From a bacterium (GTDB lineage: Bacteria; Patescibacteriota; Minisyncoccia; 1-14-0-10-42-19), in NCBI GenBank assembly GCA_030690215.1, contig JAUYHD010000016.1:17681-81680 (forward strand): a DNA stretch of 64,000 bases, in the 5' to 3' direction. A model generated the notes under the pieces. The model was not told the DNA's origin. It did no database searches and saw nothing but the letters and a program-made list of their open reading frames with translations. The translations under genes and the position numbers were made by a program. Position 1 is the stretch's first letter. Each line of letters opens with the position of its first letter. Positions 46,584 to 56,809 of the stretch are shown here, piece after piece.

Positions 46584-47930
46584 CTACAATGTACACTTCG
46601 GCATCTTCCATTCTTTGACCATGGCATCAACCGCCGCTTGCCCCATCGCTGTTTTTACCCCTTTTTCAAAATTGCACAATGCTATGCGGGGCCCCTTCAC
46701 AAGCCCGGGAATACTTAATGCCGAAAAGAGATTTTTCATTTTAGCTGTCCCGTATTTATTGTGGAGCCCATCAAGCACCACCGCCATAATGTCCCATGGG
46801 ATTATTTCCGTATCATTCCTTTTCACCGTCTTGCCCGCATTCGTATCAATATACACATCAAGCAATGTCAAAGAGAAATCGCTCTTGAACGCCGCGACCT
46901 CTTTTGAAAATCCGGGAAAGTTATTATTAGTCGCGAATACATTAACGCCTACCGCGCGCCCGCACCGAAGAGCCGTATAATGAGGAGTAAACGCTCCCGG
47001 ATAAAGCACGTCCATATGATCATAAAATGGGAATTTCGTTCCTCTGCCCATCTCGTAATACGCTATCCAATGATCCCCCGGATTTGTAATATCAAATTGA
47101 TTCCATACGCTCTGGAGAATCTCTGCTTTCATACCCGCACCGCACCCTGCACCGCACGTGGTCGGCGCAACCCCAACTATCGCCGTCTTTACCCCGCGAT
47201 GATCGTCAAAATAAGGGCCCGCAACCGAACCATAGAGCGTGGTATATGTTTGCCTACATACCGCATACCACTTCATAAACCTAGTAACATCTCCCAGTGA
47301 ATATTTGCTTGTGGGTGGCGCGTAGAATGAGACAAGCGGCAACGAATAACCATGTCGGGTAAATGTCCCTTTGTGCCCATCATATGTGACTATTCCATGG
47401 TCTTTAGCAAGCCCCGCTGTCGTATTTGAAGGTGGAGGCGGGGTCACGGTAGAAGAAAACGATTCTACTTTCATAGAAGACATCTTGTCGTTCCATCCAT
47501 CGTCTACCAATGTTGAATCACCTACGGTCCGCTTGATTGAAGCTCCGCCAAAATTATCAAGATTATACAAAATAACACGATACCCCGACGGAACCCGAAA
47601 GGAAGAAATTGTATTATTTGAAATCCCACACGCTTTGAGTTTTGCGAGCGTGTATTCTCCTGGGCCGAATCCTGCCGAAGCCCCCTTAAAATTGATATCT
47701 ACATACACTCGTACTGGGCCGTTACATACCTTCAATGAGGGTTGCTCTATAGCTGACGGGAATGAAAATCTAAGGAACCAAGGTACGGCCGAGTAATTAA
47801 ATGGACCATTAAAATTCATCTGAATAAAAATGCTGATCCCTATCAAGACAGAAAATGCAAAAAAAACAAGCGTGTGTTTCCCCGTATTTTTAATATTTTT
47901 ATCCAAAAATTTTTTTAGCGCCTTGAACAT
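46584..47930 (-). CDS. Secreted/membrane-anchored protein with a beta/gamma-crystallin domain paralogous to that of the giant protein, plus a 290-aa C-terminal domain of unknown function
   Basis: VCNGPVRVYVDINFKGASAGFGPGEYTLAKLKACGISNNTISSFRVPSGYRVILYNLDNFGGASIKRTVGDSTLVDDGWND against giant-protein ...DDSTLVDDGFND. Confidence 0.55.
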   Translation of the reverse strand: MFKALKKFLDKNIKNTGKHTLVFFAFSVLIGISIFIQMNFNGPFNYSAVPWFLRFSFPSAIEQPSLKVCNGPVRVYVDINFKGASAGFGPGEYTLAKLKACGISNNTISSFRVPSGYRVILYNLDNFGGASIKRTVGDSTLVDDGWNDKMSSMKVESFSSTVTPPPPSNTTAGLAKDHGIVTYDGHKGTFTRHGYSLPLVSFYAPPTSKYSLGDVTRFMKWYAVCRQTYTTLYGSVAGPYFDDHRGVKTAIVGVAPTTCGAGCGAGMKAEILQSVWNQFDITNPGDHWIAYYEMGRGTKFPFYDHMDVLYPGAFTPHYTALRCGRAVGVNVFATNNNFPGFSKEVAAFKSDFSLTLLDVYIDTNAGKTVKRNDTEIIPWDIMAVVLDGLHNKYGTAKMKNLFSALSIPGLVKGPRIALCNFEKGVKTAMGQAAVDAMVKEWKMPKCTL

Positions 47931-47951
47931 GTCCCTTTTACTAAGTATATC

Positions 47952-48575
47952 CTATATAAACTTACCGCAAAATGAGCGCCTATGGATGTCGCATAATCCG
48001 TACTTTCTTAGGGCTTTTTCATGTGCTCGTGTGCCGTACCCTTTATGAATATCAAAACCGTATTTGGGGTAAACTTTTGCAAGACGCACCATTCTCCTAT
48101 CGCGCGTTACTTTTGCCATGATTGAAGCGGCGGCAATAATAGGCATCCGCCTATCTCCTCCTATAATAGTCTGCTGATTTTTGTATTCTTGAGGCGCTCG
48201 TAACCCTCCGTCTAATAAAATACGGGAATTATGAATCAAGAATCTAGAATCAAGAAGCGCTATTTTTCTTAACGAACGACGAATCGCAAGATGAGTTGCT
48301 CTCGCAATGCCAATCTTATCAATCACCGAATGGCTTACCGAAGAAGTAGCATAAAACAATCTATTCTCACGCGAATGCCTGCGCAAAACCTTAAACCATT
48401 CTTCCCGCTTCTTAACCGAAAGCGCCTTGGAATCTTTAATTCCCCTAAACAGTTTCGAATTTCGTGCTTCATATTTCGAATTTACCATTGTCGCTACTGC
48501 GCAAATGGTTATCGGTCCCGCGAGCGGTCCTCTCCCCACTTCGTCTATACCGAGAATAAATCTATGCTTTGCCAT
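47952..48575 (-). CDS. rnhB: Ribonuclease HII
   Basis: ILGIDEVGRGPLAGP motif; start set at MAKHRF. Confidence 0.85.
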   Translation of the reverse strand: MAKHRFILGIDEVGRGPLAGPITICAVATMVNSKYEARNSKLFRGIKDSKALSVKKREEWFKVLRRHSRENRLFYATSSVSHSVIDKIGIARATHLAIRRSLRKIALLDSRFLIHNSRILLDGGLRAPQEYKNQQTIIGGDRRMPIIAAASIMAKVTRDRRMVRLAKVYPKYGFDIHKGYGTRAHEKALRKYGLCDIHRRSFCGKFI

Positions 48576-48638
48576 TGTTTTTATTATACCACCCATGCTA
48601 TTCTCAAGAATGAAATTGAAAATACAGAAGGAGGAAAA

Positions 48639-49019
48639 GTGCAGAAATTTTCGAAAGAATCCATTGAAAAAATGGTGAAGACAAAATCCCAAGAGATACA
48701 AAAGAAATGGGAACAGCCGGCAAAACCCCCAAAGCTATGGGGAACCATAATGCTTCAGATGTTCCATAGAGCGCATATCATTGTTAATAATCTTGGCCTT
48801 TGTAAAAATCCGGTTTCTCTCACGGCGAATGTCGCACTAATTATTACCGACCTGCACATGGAATTTTCGGGGAAGGTCCCGTCAGACGAAGATGAATTTA
48901 AAAAGGCTATCAAAAAAACCACAAGAAAATGGGCAAAACAGGGCAGTAAAAAGAGATTCTGCCATGGAACTACTACTGGCCTTGTCTGTTATTGTGACGA
49001 AAAGGAGACGAATAGATGA
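48639..49019 (+). CDS. Small Cys/His-motif protein, paralog 1 (126 aa; C-terminal KKRFCHGTTTGLVCYCDE)
   Basis: GTG start with AGGAGG 5 nt upstream; shares the MxKF N-terminus and C-H-x7-C-x-C-D-E tail with 49016-49396 and 50037-50414. Confidence 0.5.
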   Translation: MQKFSKESIEKMVKTKSQEIQKKWEQPAKPPKLWGTIMLQMFHRAHIIVNNLGLCKNPVSLTANVALIITDLHMEFSGKVPSDEDEFKKAIKKTTRKWAKQGSKKRFCHGTTTGLVCYCDEKETNR

Positions 49020-49396
49020 AAAAATTTACAACCTCATGGCTTAATCAGGAAGCAAAAAAGCTCCCTCAAGAAACGCAAGATGGGTGGAAAGCAGAATGGC
49101 CGCCCGAATCATTTGATGCACTGTTAGAAGAAACAAAGAAACGGATAGAGATTGTTGCTGATCTTACAGGGTGCGCTTCCCGGGACATAATGATACAAGA
49201 AGCAACAGAGGTAATAGAAACGCTACGACAGCAATACAACGATCAAATACCCGTAGACGGCATCGAAACATTTGATGTTGTGGCAAGCGGGATATCCCGA
49301 AAAATCGCCAAGGAATACGAAGACAAAAAGCTCTGCCATGGCGCCCCCGAATATATGCTGTGTTTCTGTGACGAAAAACAAGGAGACGCAATTTGA
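49016..49396 (+). CDS. Small Cys/His-motif protein, paralog 2 (126 aa; KKLCHGAPEYMLCFCDE)
   Basis: ATGA overlap with the upstream gene; clear homology to paralog 3 (KLPQ, WPPESFD(A/T)LL, RIVA.L.GC, AKEYxxK(K/R)LCH...CFCDE). Confidence 0.55.
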   Translation: MKKFTTSWLNQEAKKLPQETQDGWKAEWPPESFDALLEETKKRIEIVADLTGCASRDIMIQEATEVIETLRQQYNDQIPVDGIETFDVVASGISRKIAKEYEDKKLCHGAPEYMLCFCDEKQGDAI

Positions 49397-50025
49397 AAAT
49401 TAAATTATCGCCCGAAGAAGAAACAACGCTCAAGACGTATGCAAAAATGGCAAAAAACAGAAATAAGCAAATCGGCGGTCAGCCATTTGACCCCGATTTT
49501 TGGGCCGACCAATTTGAAGAATTCAAACGGCTTTTACCCGCAGGAAATATTCTTGAAATCGGTTGTGGAAACGGCAGGGATGCGCGATTTTTCTGCAAAG
49601 ACACCGAATATAATTATTTTGGGATTGATGCCTGCCAGGGACTGCTTGATGAAGCAAAAATATGGGCGCCAAACGCAAACACGCATCAAATGAACCTCTA
49701 TTCGCTTTTCTTTCCGGATCATTCCTTTGACGGCTTTTGGGCGGCATCGGTATATGTCCACATCCCCCGAACGACTATCATGCGGGCGCTTGCTGAATTA
49801 AAACGCGTAATAAAGCCCGAAGGCATAGGATTTGTCGTTATGCGCGAAGGCAAAGGAGAAACAACGCCCCAAGACAAAAAAACGGGACTTAAGCGTTTTT
49901 ACGCCCTTTATCCGGACGATGAATTCAGCGATATTCTTTTATGGTCCGGATTTGAAATAATATCAAAATCAAAAGACACAAGAAACAAGCCCGAACTTAT
50001 ATATTTTGTGCGGACATGGATGTGA
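49393..50025 (+). CDS. Class I SAM-dependent methyltransferase
   Basis: Motif I ILEIGCGNGRDARFF; post-I acidic residue; overlaps the stop of paralog 2 (TTGA) and the start region of paralog 3. Confidence 0.65.
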   Translation: MKIKLSPEEETTLKTYAKMAKNRNKQIGGQPFDPDFWADQFEEFKRLLPAGNILEIGCGNGRDARFFCKDTEYNYFGIDACQGLLDEAKIWAPNANTHQMNLYSLFFPDHSFDGFWAASVYVHIPRTTIMRALAELKRVIKPEGIGFVVMREGKGETTPQDKKTGLKRFYALYPDDEFSDILLWSGFEIISKSKDTRNKPELIYFVRTWM

Positions 50026-50036
50026 GGGAAAAACAG

Positions 50037-50414
50037 ATGAAAGAATACACAAACGGGTGGTTTGACCAGCAGGTAGAAAAACTTCCCCAGCATATACAAG
50101 ACATCTGGAACAAATGGACCTGGCCACCCGAATCGTTTGATACGCTTTTGAAAGACGCCCAGGAACGCGCACGCATTGTCGCCTACCTTGTAGGATGCAA
50201 CAGCCTAGACACATTACTACAAAACATGCTGGACATAACCGAAAGTCTGCGGAATCTATACAAAAACAAGATACCGCAAACGACTGAGGAGTTGCTCGTA
50301 TTCCGACAAATGATAATGGACGTAGTGGACATGTTCGCAAAAGAGTACCAAGAAAAACGCCTATGCCACGACGGATTCGGATATGCGGTGTGTTTCTGCG
50401 ACGAAATACAATAA
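50037..50414 (+). CDS. Small Cys/His-motif protein, paralog 3 (125 aa; KRLCHDGFGYAVCFCDE)
   Basis: Start at MKEYTNGW, which aligns with paralog 2's MKKFTTSW; GAGGG SD upstream. Confidence 0.55.
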   Translation: MKEYTNGWFDQQVEKLPQHIQDIWNKWTWPPESFDTLLKDAQERARIVAYLVGCNSLDTLLQNMLDITESLRNLYKNKIPQTTEELLVFRQMIMDVVDMFAKEYQEKRLCHDGFGYAVCFCDEIQ

Positions 50415-50587
50415 CCAAAAGAGCCCCACGGGCTCTTTTTTGTGCCTGCTTGCAGGACACACCCCATTAGATAGAGCCCAAAAAAATCGCTCATCTAACG
50501 GGGTGAGGGTACTCATTCCGCCATTATTTTCCGCATACTAAAAGTGCCCCAGATTATCAAAAAATGATACAATAAAAAAATATCATC

Positions 50588-51556
50588 ATGTCTATGGAAC
50601 AGAACAAAGAAAAAGAGGAATTTTCTCCTCCGCGCTCTGCTGAACTTCTGCAGAGATTTGAAGAAAAAGAAGCTCCCCCCATCGGGGAGAAGTTGCGGTT
50701 TTCAGGCGTCGGCGAAAAAGATGTATATAATATCTCGCCACCTTTCCGGATTGGGAACGCAACCGTTATCGCCGGGCGCGTTGAGGCACGAAAGGCATGG
50801 GCGGATTCCCAGGTTCTCTTTTTTGAAGAAAAGAAAGACGTATGGGTTCCGGCCAACGGCGCGCCAACCTTACAATTGGAAGACGGTTTCGCAACACGCT
50901 TCAAAGACGAAACGATTATCGGCGGTGTTGAGGTGTACCCCCATCCCTTTGTGTCCGGTGGCGTTGGCTACCGAACAGTTTTTTATCGCGGACACGATTT
51001 TTCATCACTTAAAAAATTCGCTGCCGGTCCGGACATGATGAAAGATATCCGGCTTACCCCTCTTGCAAACGAGCAAATAGGCGTCTTCACGCGCCCTCAA
51101 GGCGGGAGTAATGGGAAAGGCACGATAGGATATACGGAGCTACAGCACCTGGAGGATCTAAACGCAGAGAATATCCTTAATGCGAAAATAATTGAGAATC
51201 AATTCGCTCCTGAAGAATGGGGCGGCGCAAATGAATTGCATCCGTTACAAAATGGCAAAATCGGCGTCATTGGACACATTGCCTATCAAGAAGCAGAAAA
51301 CAATAAGCATTACTACGCAATGTCATTCGTGTATGACCCTCATACGCATCACGCTTCCCCAATTGAGATTATCGCAACGAGAAAAAACTTCCCCGCAGGT
51401 GACGCAAAAAAATCAGAGCTTGAAGATGTTATTTTCCCCGGCGGTTTGATCCGCCACGGCGACGGTACTGCAACACTCTATGCGGGTTTGAGTGATGCAG
51501 AAACCGGAAAACTCACCCTGCCAGATCCCTTTGCCGCAGAAGAAAAACATAGTTAA
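50588..51556 (+). CDS. Conserved hypothetical protein (possibly beta-propeller glycosidase/phosphorylase-like; uncertain)
   Basis: 322-aa ORF; Gly/aromatic-rich repeats. Confidence 0.35.
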   Translation: MSMEQNKEKEEFSPPRSAELLQRFEEKEAPPIGEKLRFSGVGEKDVYNISPPFRIGNATVIAGRVEARKAWADSQVLFFEEKKDVWVPANGAPTLQLEDGFATRFKDETIIGGVEVYPHPFVSGGVGYRTVFYRGHDFSSLKKFAAGPDMMKDIRLTPLANEQIGVFTRPQGGSNGKGTIGYTELQHLEDLNAENILNAKIIENQFAPEEWGGANELHPLQNGKIGVIGHIAYQEAENNKHYYAMSFVYDPHTHHASPIEIIATRKNFPAGDAKKSELEDVIFPGGLIRHGDGTATLYAGLSDAETGKLTLPDPFAAEEKHS

Positions 51557-51605
51557 CCCCATTGAATTACTAAAATAGAAAAAATGATATGATGGAAGTC
51601 ATTAA

Positions 51606-52145
51606 ATGAAAAATCTTTTAAAAAAATACGAAGCTGGAAAAACCAACAAACAAATTTTGGCGAACAGAGCAATTGCGCGTGCCGAATCTTGCCTTAATTT
51701 TTTAGACGAATGTCTCCAGCTGGTTCATAGGGGCAGCGGAACCGACCCTGCCTATTCTCGATCAATATATATTTTATTTTCTTATAGTTTTGAGCTAATC
51801 TTAAAATCCCGCTTATTACTAGCAAGCAAACAGGTGGAAAGAGACGATTTAATAAAAGAAATTAAATCTCACGACCTTGAAAAATTATCAAAAAAACTTT
51901 CAAAAACTGAATTAAATAACATTAGTATAAAAAATATCAAAAAACAAAAAACTTTAAATTTTGAAGAATATAAAATAGAAATGACCGGAGGGGGCGATTT
52001 TATTATCCAAGATCTAACTGATGTTCGGTATGATTTTGCAAAAGATAACCTCCGTAATAATAATCTGGATGAGTGGAACCAATTGCAAGAAATGAAAGAG
52101 GTTATGTTTTACATGATAAAATTCATTAGAGAAATGATAAAATAA
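51606..52145 (+). CDS. Hypothetical protein, markedly AT-rich gene abutting dnaE
   Basis: 179-aa ORF; Lys/Asn/Ile-rich; GC clearly below neighbours. Confidence 0.35.
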   Translation: MKNLLKKYEAGKTNKQILANRAIARAESCLNFLDECLQLVHRGSGTDPAYSRSIYILFSYSFELILKSRLLLASKQVERDDLIKEIKSHDLEKLSKKLSKTELNNISIKNIKKQKTLNFEEYKIEMTGGGDFIIQDLTDVRYDFAKDNLRNNNLDEWNQLQEMKEVMFYMIKFIREMIK

Positions 52146-52149
52146 CTCC

Positions 52150-55100
52150 ATGTCCTTCGTCCACCTCCATGTTCATAGCCACTATAGTTTGCTGGACGGA
52201 CTCGCAAAAATTGACGAGCTTGTTCGCGAGGCAAAAGAACTTGGCATGCCCGCAATCGCCCTTACCGATCACGGCAATATGTACGGCGCGATAGAATTCT
52301 ATAAAAAAGCAAAAAAGGCAGGCATCAAACCCATCATCGGCATAGAGGCATACATCGCAGCGCGAAACGCTTCCGACAGAGTGCACGGGGTGGACGACAA
52401 GCGCTATCACCTCATTTTGCTCGCCAAGAACAACACGGGCTACGAAAATCTGCTCAAGCTTGTAACACTCTCAAATCTTGAAGGGTTTTACTACAAACCC
52501 CGCATTGATAAAGAAATGCTCCGCAAACACTCCGAAGGATTGATCGCCCTTTCTGCCTGTTTGACTGGTGAAATATCCCGCGCGCTCCTTGCAAAAAATT
52601 GGGACAATGCAAAAGCGTTGGCACTCGAGTACCAGGATATTTTCGGCAAAGACAATTTTTATATTGAACTTTCGCACCATCCGAATATTCCAAACCATGT
52701 TGAAGTCCAAGAGGGATTAAAAAAACTCGCGCGAGAATTAAAAATTCCCATGGTCGCAACGCAAGATGTCCATTACTTAAAAAAAGAAGACCAGCAAGCC
52801 CAAGACATTTTGGTCGCGGTACAGACAAACACAAAAGTGGATGACGAAGACCGCATGACAATGAAAGCGGATGATTTTTCGCTTACTTCGCCCGACGAAA
52901 TGAAAGAAGCGTTCAACGATGTTCCCGAAGCAATAGCAAACACGCTCAAAATTGCAAACCAAATTGATCTGCAAATCCATTTGGGCGAAATTAAACTCCC
53001 CCACTTTGAAGTCCCCTCGGGTCACACACCCGATACATATCTAAAAGAACTCGCCGAAGCGGGCCTCATGCGCCGTTTTAACAACAAACCGTCGCGTGAA
53101 GCGCGCGACCGCCTCGCCTACGAACTTGATGTTATAGAAAAAACAAAATTTTCGTCATACTTTTTGATTGTGCAGGACTTTGTAAACTGGGCAAAAAACA
53201 ACGGCATTGTCGTGGGGCCGGGTAGAGGTTCGGCTGCGGGCTCGCTTATCGCATACTCCCTCAACATCACAAACGTTGACCCGCTCCAATACGGATTGCT
53301 CTTTGAGCGGTTTATGAACCCCGAGCGTATCAGCCCTCCCGATATTGATATAGACTTTGCCGACACCAGGCGCGACGAAGTTATTGAATACGCGCGCAAA
53401 AAATACGGAGACGACCATGTAGCCCAAATCATCACGTTCGGAACGATGGCGGCGCGCGCTGCAATCCGCGATACAGGCCGCGCGTTGGGAATGGAATATG
53501 GTTTTTGCGACAAGGTTGCAAAAATGATTCCGTTTAGCGTAGGAATGACGCTCGCAAAAGCCCTCAAAGCAAATCCCGAATTCGCCGAAGAATACAGAGA
53601 CAACGAACAGGCGCGCCGACTCGTTGATTCCGCGCGAAAACTTGAGGGAGTCGTACGCCATGCTTCCGTACACGCCTGCGGAGTGGTGATCACCAAAGAC
53701 CCTCTCACCGATACCGTACCGCTTCAATACGCGGTATCACGCGACGCGTCAGGCGAAAAACAAATAATCGTAACACAATACTCAATGAATGTGATTGAAG
53801 ATTTAGGACTTTTAAAAATGGACTTTTTGGGACTCAAAAACTTAAGCATTATTGAAGAAGCAATTAATCTGGTGGAAACTCGCACGGGAAAACGCATTGA
53901 TATTGATGCCATCCCGATCGACGACGCAAAAGTATACAAAGGACTCGCTGACGGAAACACCGTAGGCGTATTCCAGCTTGAATCGGGCGGAATGACGCGC
54001 TACTTAAAAGATTTAAAACCAACAACCATTGAAGACATTATCGCAATGGTCGCATTATACCGCCCGGGCCCCATGGAACTTATCCCGTCATTCATCAAGC
54101 GAAAACAAGGCGAGGAAAAAATAACCTACCTCCATCCAAAGCTCGCGCCTATTTTAGAAAACACATATGGCATCGGCGTTTATCAAGAACAAATGATGCG
54201 TATTGCCCGCGACCTTGCGGGATACACCCTGCCCGAAGCAGATACGTTGAGAAAAGCAATCGGAAAGAAAATAAAATCTCTTTTGGACGAACAGCAAGAA
54301 AAATTAATAGACGGAATGATAAAAAATAAAATTGATAAGCATACGGCAAATCAAATCTGGGAACTTTTTCCGCCATTTGCGCGTTACGGATTTAACCGGT
54401 GCCATGCCGCCCCCTACGCCATTATCGCCTACCAGACAGCCTGGCTCAAAACACACTATCCGCTGGAATTTATGACGGCATTTATGAACGCGGACGAAAA
54501 AGATGTAGACCGCATCGCCTATCTCGTAAAAGAATGCCAAAACCTCGGCATTAAAGTCCTCCCGCCTGATCTTAACCGAAGCAACGCGGGATTTACTCCA
54601 CAGCGCGAAAAAGACGAACTCGCTATCCGGTTTGGCCTGCGCACTATTAAAAATGTTGGCTCAAATGTCGTGGACATGATTATGCAGGAACGCGACCGAA
54701 ATGGGCCCTACCAGACGCTTGCAGGGCTTTTGGAGCGCATCCCAACAAAAGACATCAACAAAAAATCAATGGAATCGCTCGTAAAATCGGGCGCTATGGA
54801 TTCGCTCGGTGAACGAAACCAGATGCTAGAGAATATGGATACCATTCTTGCTTTCCACAAAGAATCAAGCAAAGGCAAACAAACGGGACAAAATTCTCTT
54901 TTCGGAATGCAGGGCGGGCCGTCATACACTCCGACACTTCAATTAAAAGAAGTAAAAGCCGCGGCTTCCGAAGACCGCCTCAAATGGGAAAAGGAATTAC
55001 TGGGATTATATATTTCGGGGCACCCGCTTGATAAGTTCCGCGGGCTTTTAGAAACAAAAAAAATAAACACCGAATTCGCGAAAGCGCTCAAAGAAGAGAC

Positions 55101-55365
55101 GCCTATCATTATTGGGGGCATTATTGAAAGCGTTAAAAAGATAACAACAAAAAAGGGGGAACCAATGGTATTTTTATCGCTTCTTGACCTTGCGGGCTCA
55201 ATTGAAGTTGTTGTATTCCCGCGCGTTCTAAAATCATGCGGGCAGTTTATAGAAGCGGACAAGGGAATCGCGCTCAAAGGCAAGATATCGCACCGAAACG
55301 GCAATGTGAGCATTATTGCCGACGGAATCAAATCTATTGAACCACCAGAAACGAGTAATGAGTAA
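52150..55365 (+). CDS. dnaE: DNA polymerase III alpha subunit
   Basis: PHP N-terminus FVHLHVHSHYSLLDG, polymerase core, OB-fold C-terminus; 1071 aa. Confidence 0.95.
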   Translation: MSFVHLHVHSHYSLLDGLAKIDELVREAKELGMPAIALTDHGNMYGAIEFYKKAKKAGIKPIIGIEAYIAARNASDRVHGVDDKRYHLILLAKNNTGYENLLKLVTLSNLEGFYYKPRIDKEMLRKHSEGLIALSACLTGEISRALLAKNWDNAKALALEYQDIFGKDNFYIELSHHPNIPNHVEVQEGLKKLARELKIPMVATQDVHYLKKEDQQAQDILVAVQTNTKVDDEDRMTMKADDFSLTSPDEMKEAFNDVPEAIANTLKIANQIDLQIHLGEIKLPHFEVPSGHTPDTYLKELAEAGLMRRFNNKPSREARDRLAYELDVIEKTKFSSYFLIVQDFVNWAKNNGIVVGPGRGSAAGSLIAYSLNITNVDPLQYGLLFERFMNPERISPPDIDIDFADTRRDEVIEYARKKYGDDHVAQIITFGTMAARAAIRDTGRALGMEYGFCDKVAKMIPFSVGMTLAKALKANPEFAEEYRDNEQARRLVDSARKLEGVVRHASVHACGVVITKDPLTDTVPLQYAVSRDASGEKQIIVTQYSMNVIEDLGLLKMDFLGLKNLSIIEEAINLVETRTGKRIDIDAIPIDDAKVYKGLADGNTVGVFQLESGGMTRYLKDLKPTTIEDIIAMVALYRPGPMELIPSFIKRKQGEEKITYLHPKLAPILENTYGIGVYQEQMMRIARDLAGYTLPEADTLRKAIGKKIKSLLDEQQEKLIDGMIKNKIDKHTANQIWELFPPFARYGFNRCHAAPYAIIAYQTAWLKTHYPLEFMTAFMNADEKDVDRIAYLVKECQNLGIKVLPPDLNRSNAGFTPQREKDELAIRFGLRTIKNVGSNVVDMIMQERDRNGPYQTLAGLLERIPTKDINKKSMESLVKSGAMDSLGERNQMLENMDTILAFHKESSKGKQTGQNSLFGMQGGPSYTPTLQLKEVKAAASEDRLKWEKELLGLYISGHPLDKFRGLLETKKINTEFAKALKEETPIIIGGIIESVKKITTKKGEPMVFLSLLDLAGSIEVVVFPRVLKSCGQFIEADKGIALKGKISHRNGNVSIIADGIKSIEPPETSNE

Positions 55366-55653
55366 TAAGTTATGTCCCGCTATTTACTTTAAATATTTTT
55401 AAATTATTGTATAGCGGGATCCCGCCATTCTATACGTTATAATCTTTGAATAAATGGCGGGAAGTTATGGGTTATTTAAAAATATAAAAAACCGAGCGCA
55501 GTGCTCGGTTTTTTTGTTTAAAAAGAACCATTAGCATAAAAGTATACGACTGCCCCGATAGCAGCGATCAGAACTATAGAAACAAAAAAAACGATAAGCG
55601 CTACTCTTGTCTGCCTATTAAGTTCCGAGTCTTCGTCTTCATCGCCCCACATT

Positions 55654-55872
55654 TTATTTCTCCTTTTTAGAATATCTTTTGATTATTTTCCGCATCTTTC
55701 CCATCCCCTCGTCCCACCTGTGAAAATCTAGATCGTCCAAAAGTTTTTGGATTAATTCAAACTCTTCTACCGTAAAATTCGAAATGGACATCGCACATAC
55801 CGTTTTTCTCATTCTGCGAGACTCCTTTTCCCCAACATAATCCCGACCCCTTGAACCATCATTGCAACCCAT
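55654..55872 (-). CDS. Small hypothetical protein
   Basis: 72-aa ORF in an AT-rich intergenic cassette. Confidence 0.25.
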   Translation of the reverse strand: MGCNDGSRGRDYVGEKESRRMRKTVCAMSISNFTVEEFELIQKLLDDLDFHRWDEGMGKMRKIIKRYSKKEK

Positions 55873-55887
55873 AGTATTGCCCCCCCC

Positions 55888-56268
55888 CTAGAGCTCAATT
55901 TTCTTGATATTTTCAAAAAACGAACCATTTGCTATTTCTTTCCAACGATTCCTTACATCTGAATGAACATGGCCAGAAGAATGACTCTCTAATGACAGGT
56001 GCGCTAATTCTTGTAACCAATCTCGATTCTTAATTATAAAATCTATGAACTGCCCATCATACTGAGGAAATAAAAAATCGCCGCAATCAAAAATAAGGAT
56101 TGGCGATCCCTCCTCCTGTAAGAAATAATCTACACGAGCACAATCATTATTGTTAAGAATTCCTTTTATGCTCTCCTTGCGTTTTTCTAAACTTTCCTGA
56201 AGCTTAATTATCTCTTCCAGCCTTCTTCCTAACTCCTTGCGTTCTTCTTTTGTGAATCTTGTTCTCAA
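55888..56268 (-). CDS. Hypothetical protein
   Basis: 126-aa ORF. Confidence 0.3.
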   Translation of the reverse strand: MRTRFTKEERKELGRRLEEIIKLQESLEKRKESIKGILNNNDCARVDYFLQEEGSPILIFDCGDFLFPQYDGQFIDFIIKNRDWLQELAHLSLESHSSGHVHSDVRNRWKEIANGSFFENIKKIEL

Positions 56269-56328
56269 GATAAACCTCCTTTATTACATTATTTTTAACG
56301 TACTTATTCGATTTCTAAAAAAATTATT

Positions 56329-56761
56329 TTAATATAATACAAGAAGGCTATTTTTAATATCATATTGATTTAGGCTTTTGAAAGAAAAATAATCATACCC
56401 CTGAGCCGAAACTATGTCCATCTTCCATCCAGCCTTGCGAAATTCTTCCATTACAAATTCTTTGATCTTTTTTATCTTGAAATAACGAATTATTTTTGGG
56501 TGAATTTTTCCCAAAGGAAACATGCAAGAAAGCGATCTCGGCCCCGACTCATGCGGGCCCCTTTTTTCTATGCCCAAAAGCTAATCTTCGAATACAAGAC
56601 TCTTTGGGCCGCCCAAATAATCAGCAAAATAGGAAATAATAGCTTTTGCTTTCAACAAGCTCTTGTTATCCAGTTTCTTGCTTGTTGGTAATGCGCCCAA
56701 AGACAGCTTCTTATTCCTGCTTAAAAGCTCTTCCGGAGTAATGATTTGATATACACACATG
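56329..56761 (-). pseudogene. Possible frameshifted gene: 59-aa ORF (56582-56761, MCVYQIITPEELL...) followed 4 nt later by an 82-aa ORF (56329-56577) in another frame
   Basis: Two adjacent same-strand ORFs separated by a stop and a frame change; no family recognised. Confidence 0.2.
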
Positions 56762-56809
56762 ACTTGCCTCCTTTATTAAATTTCATTCCGCTGATACTAT
56801 AGTATTTAT

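Noticed and set aside
48291-48638. Upstream part of the 242-aa plus-strand ORF overlapping rnhB
   Set aside because: It is antisense to RNase HII. The real start, GTG at 48639, has an AGGAGG RBS, and the product then matches the size of its two paralogs.
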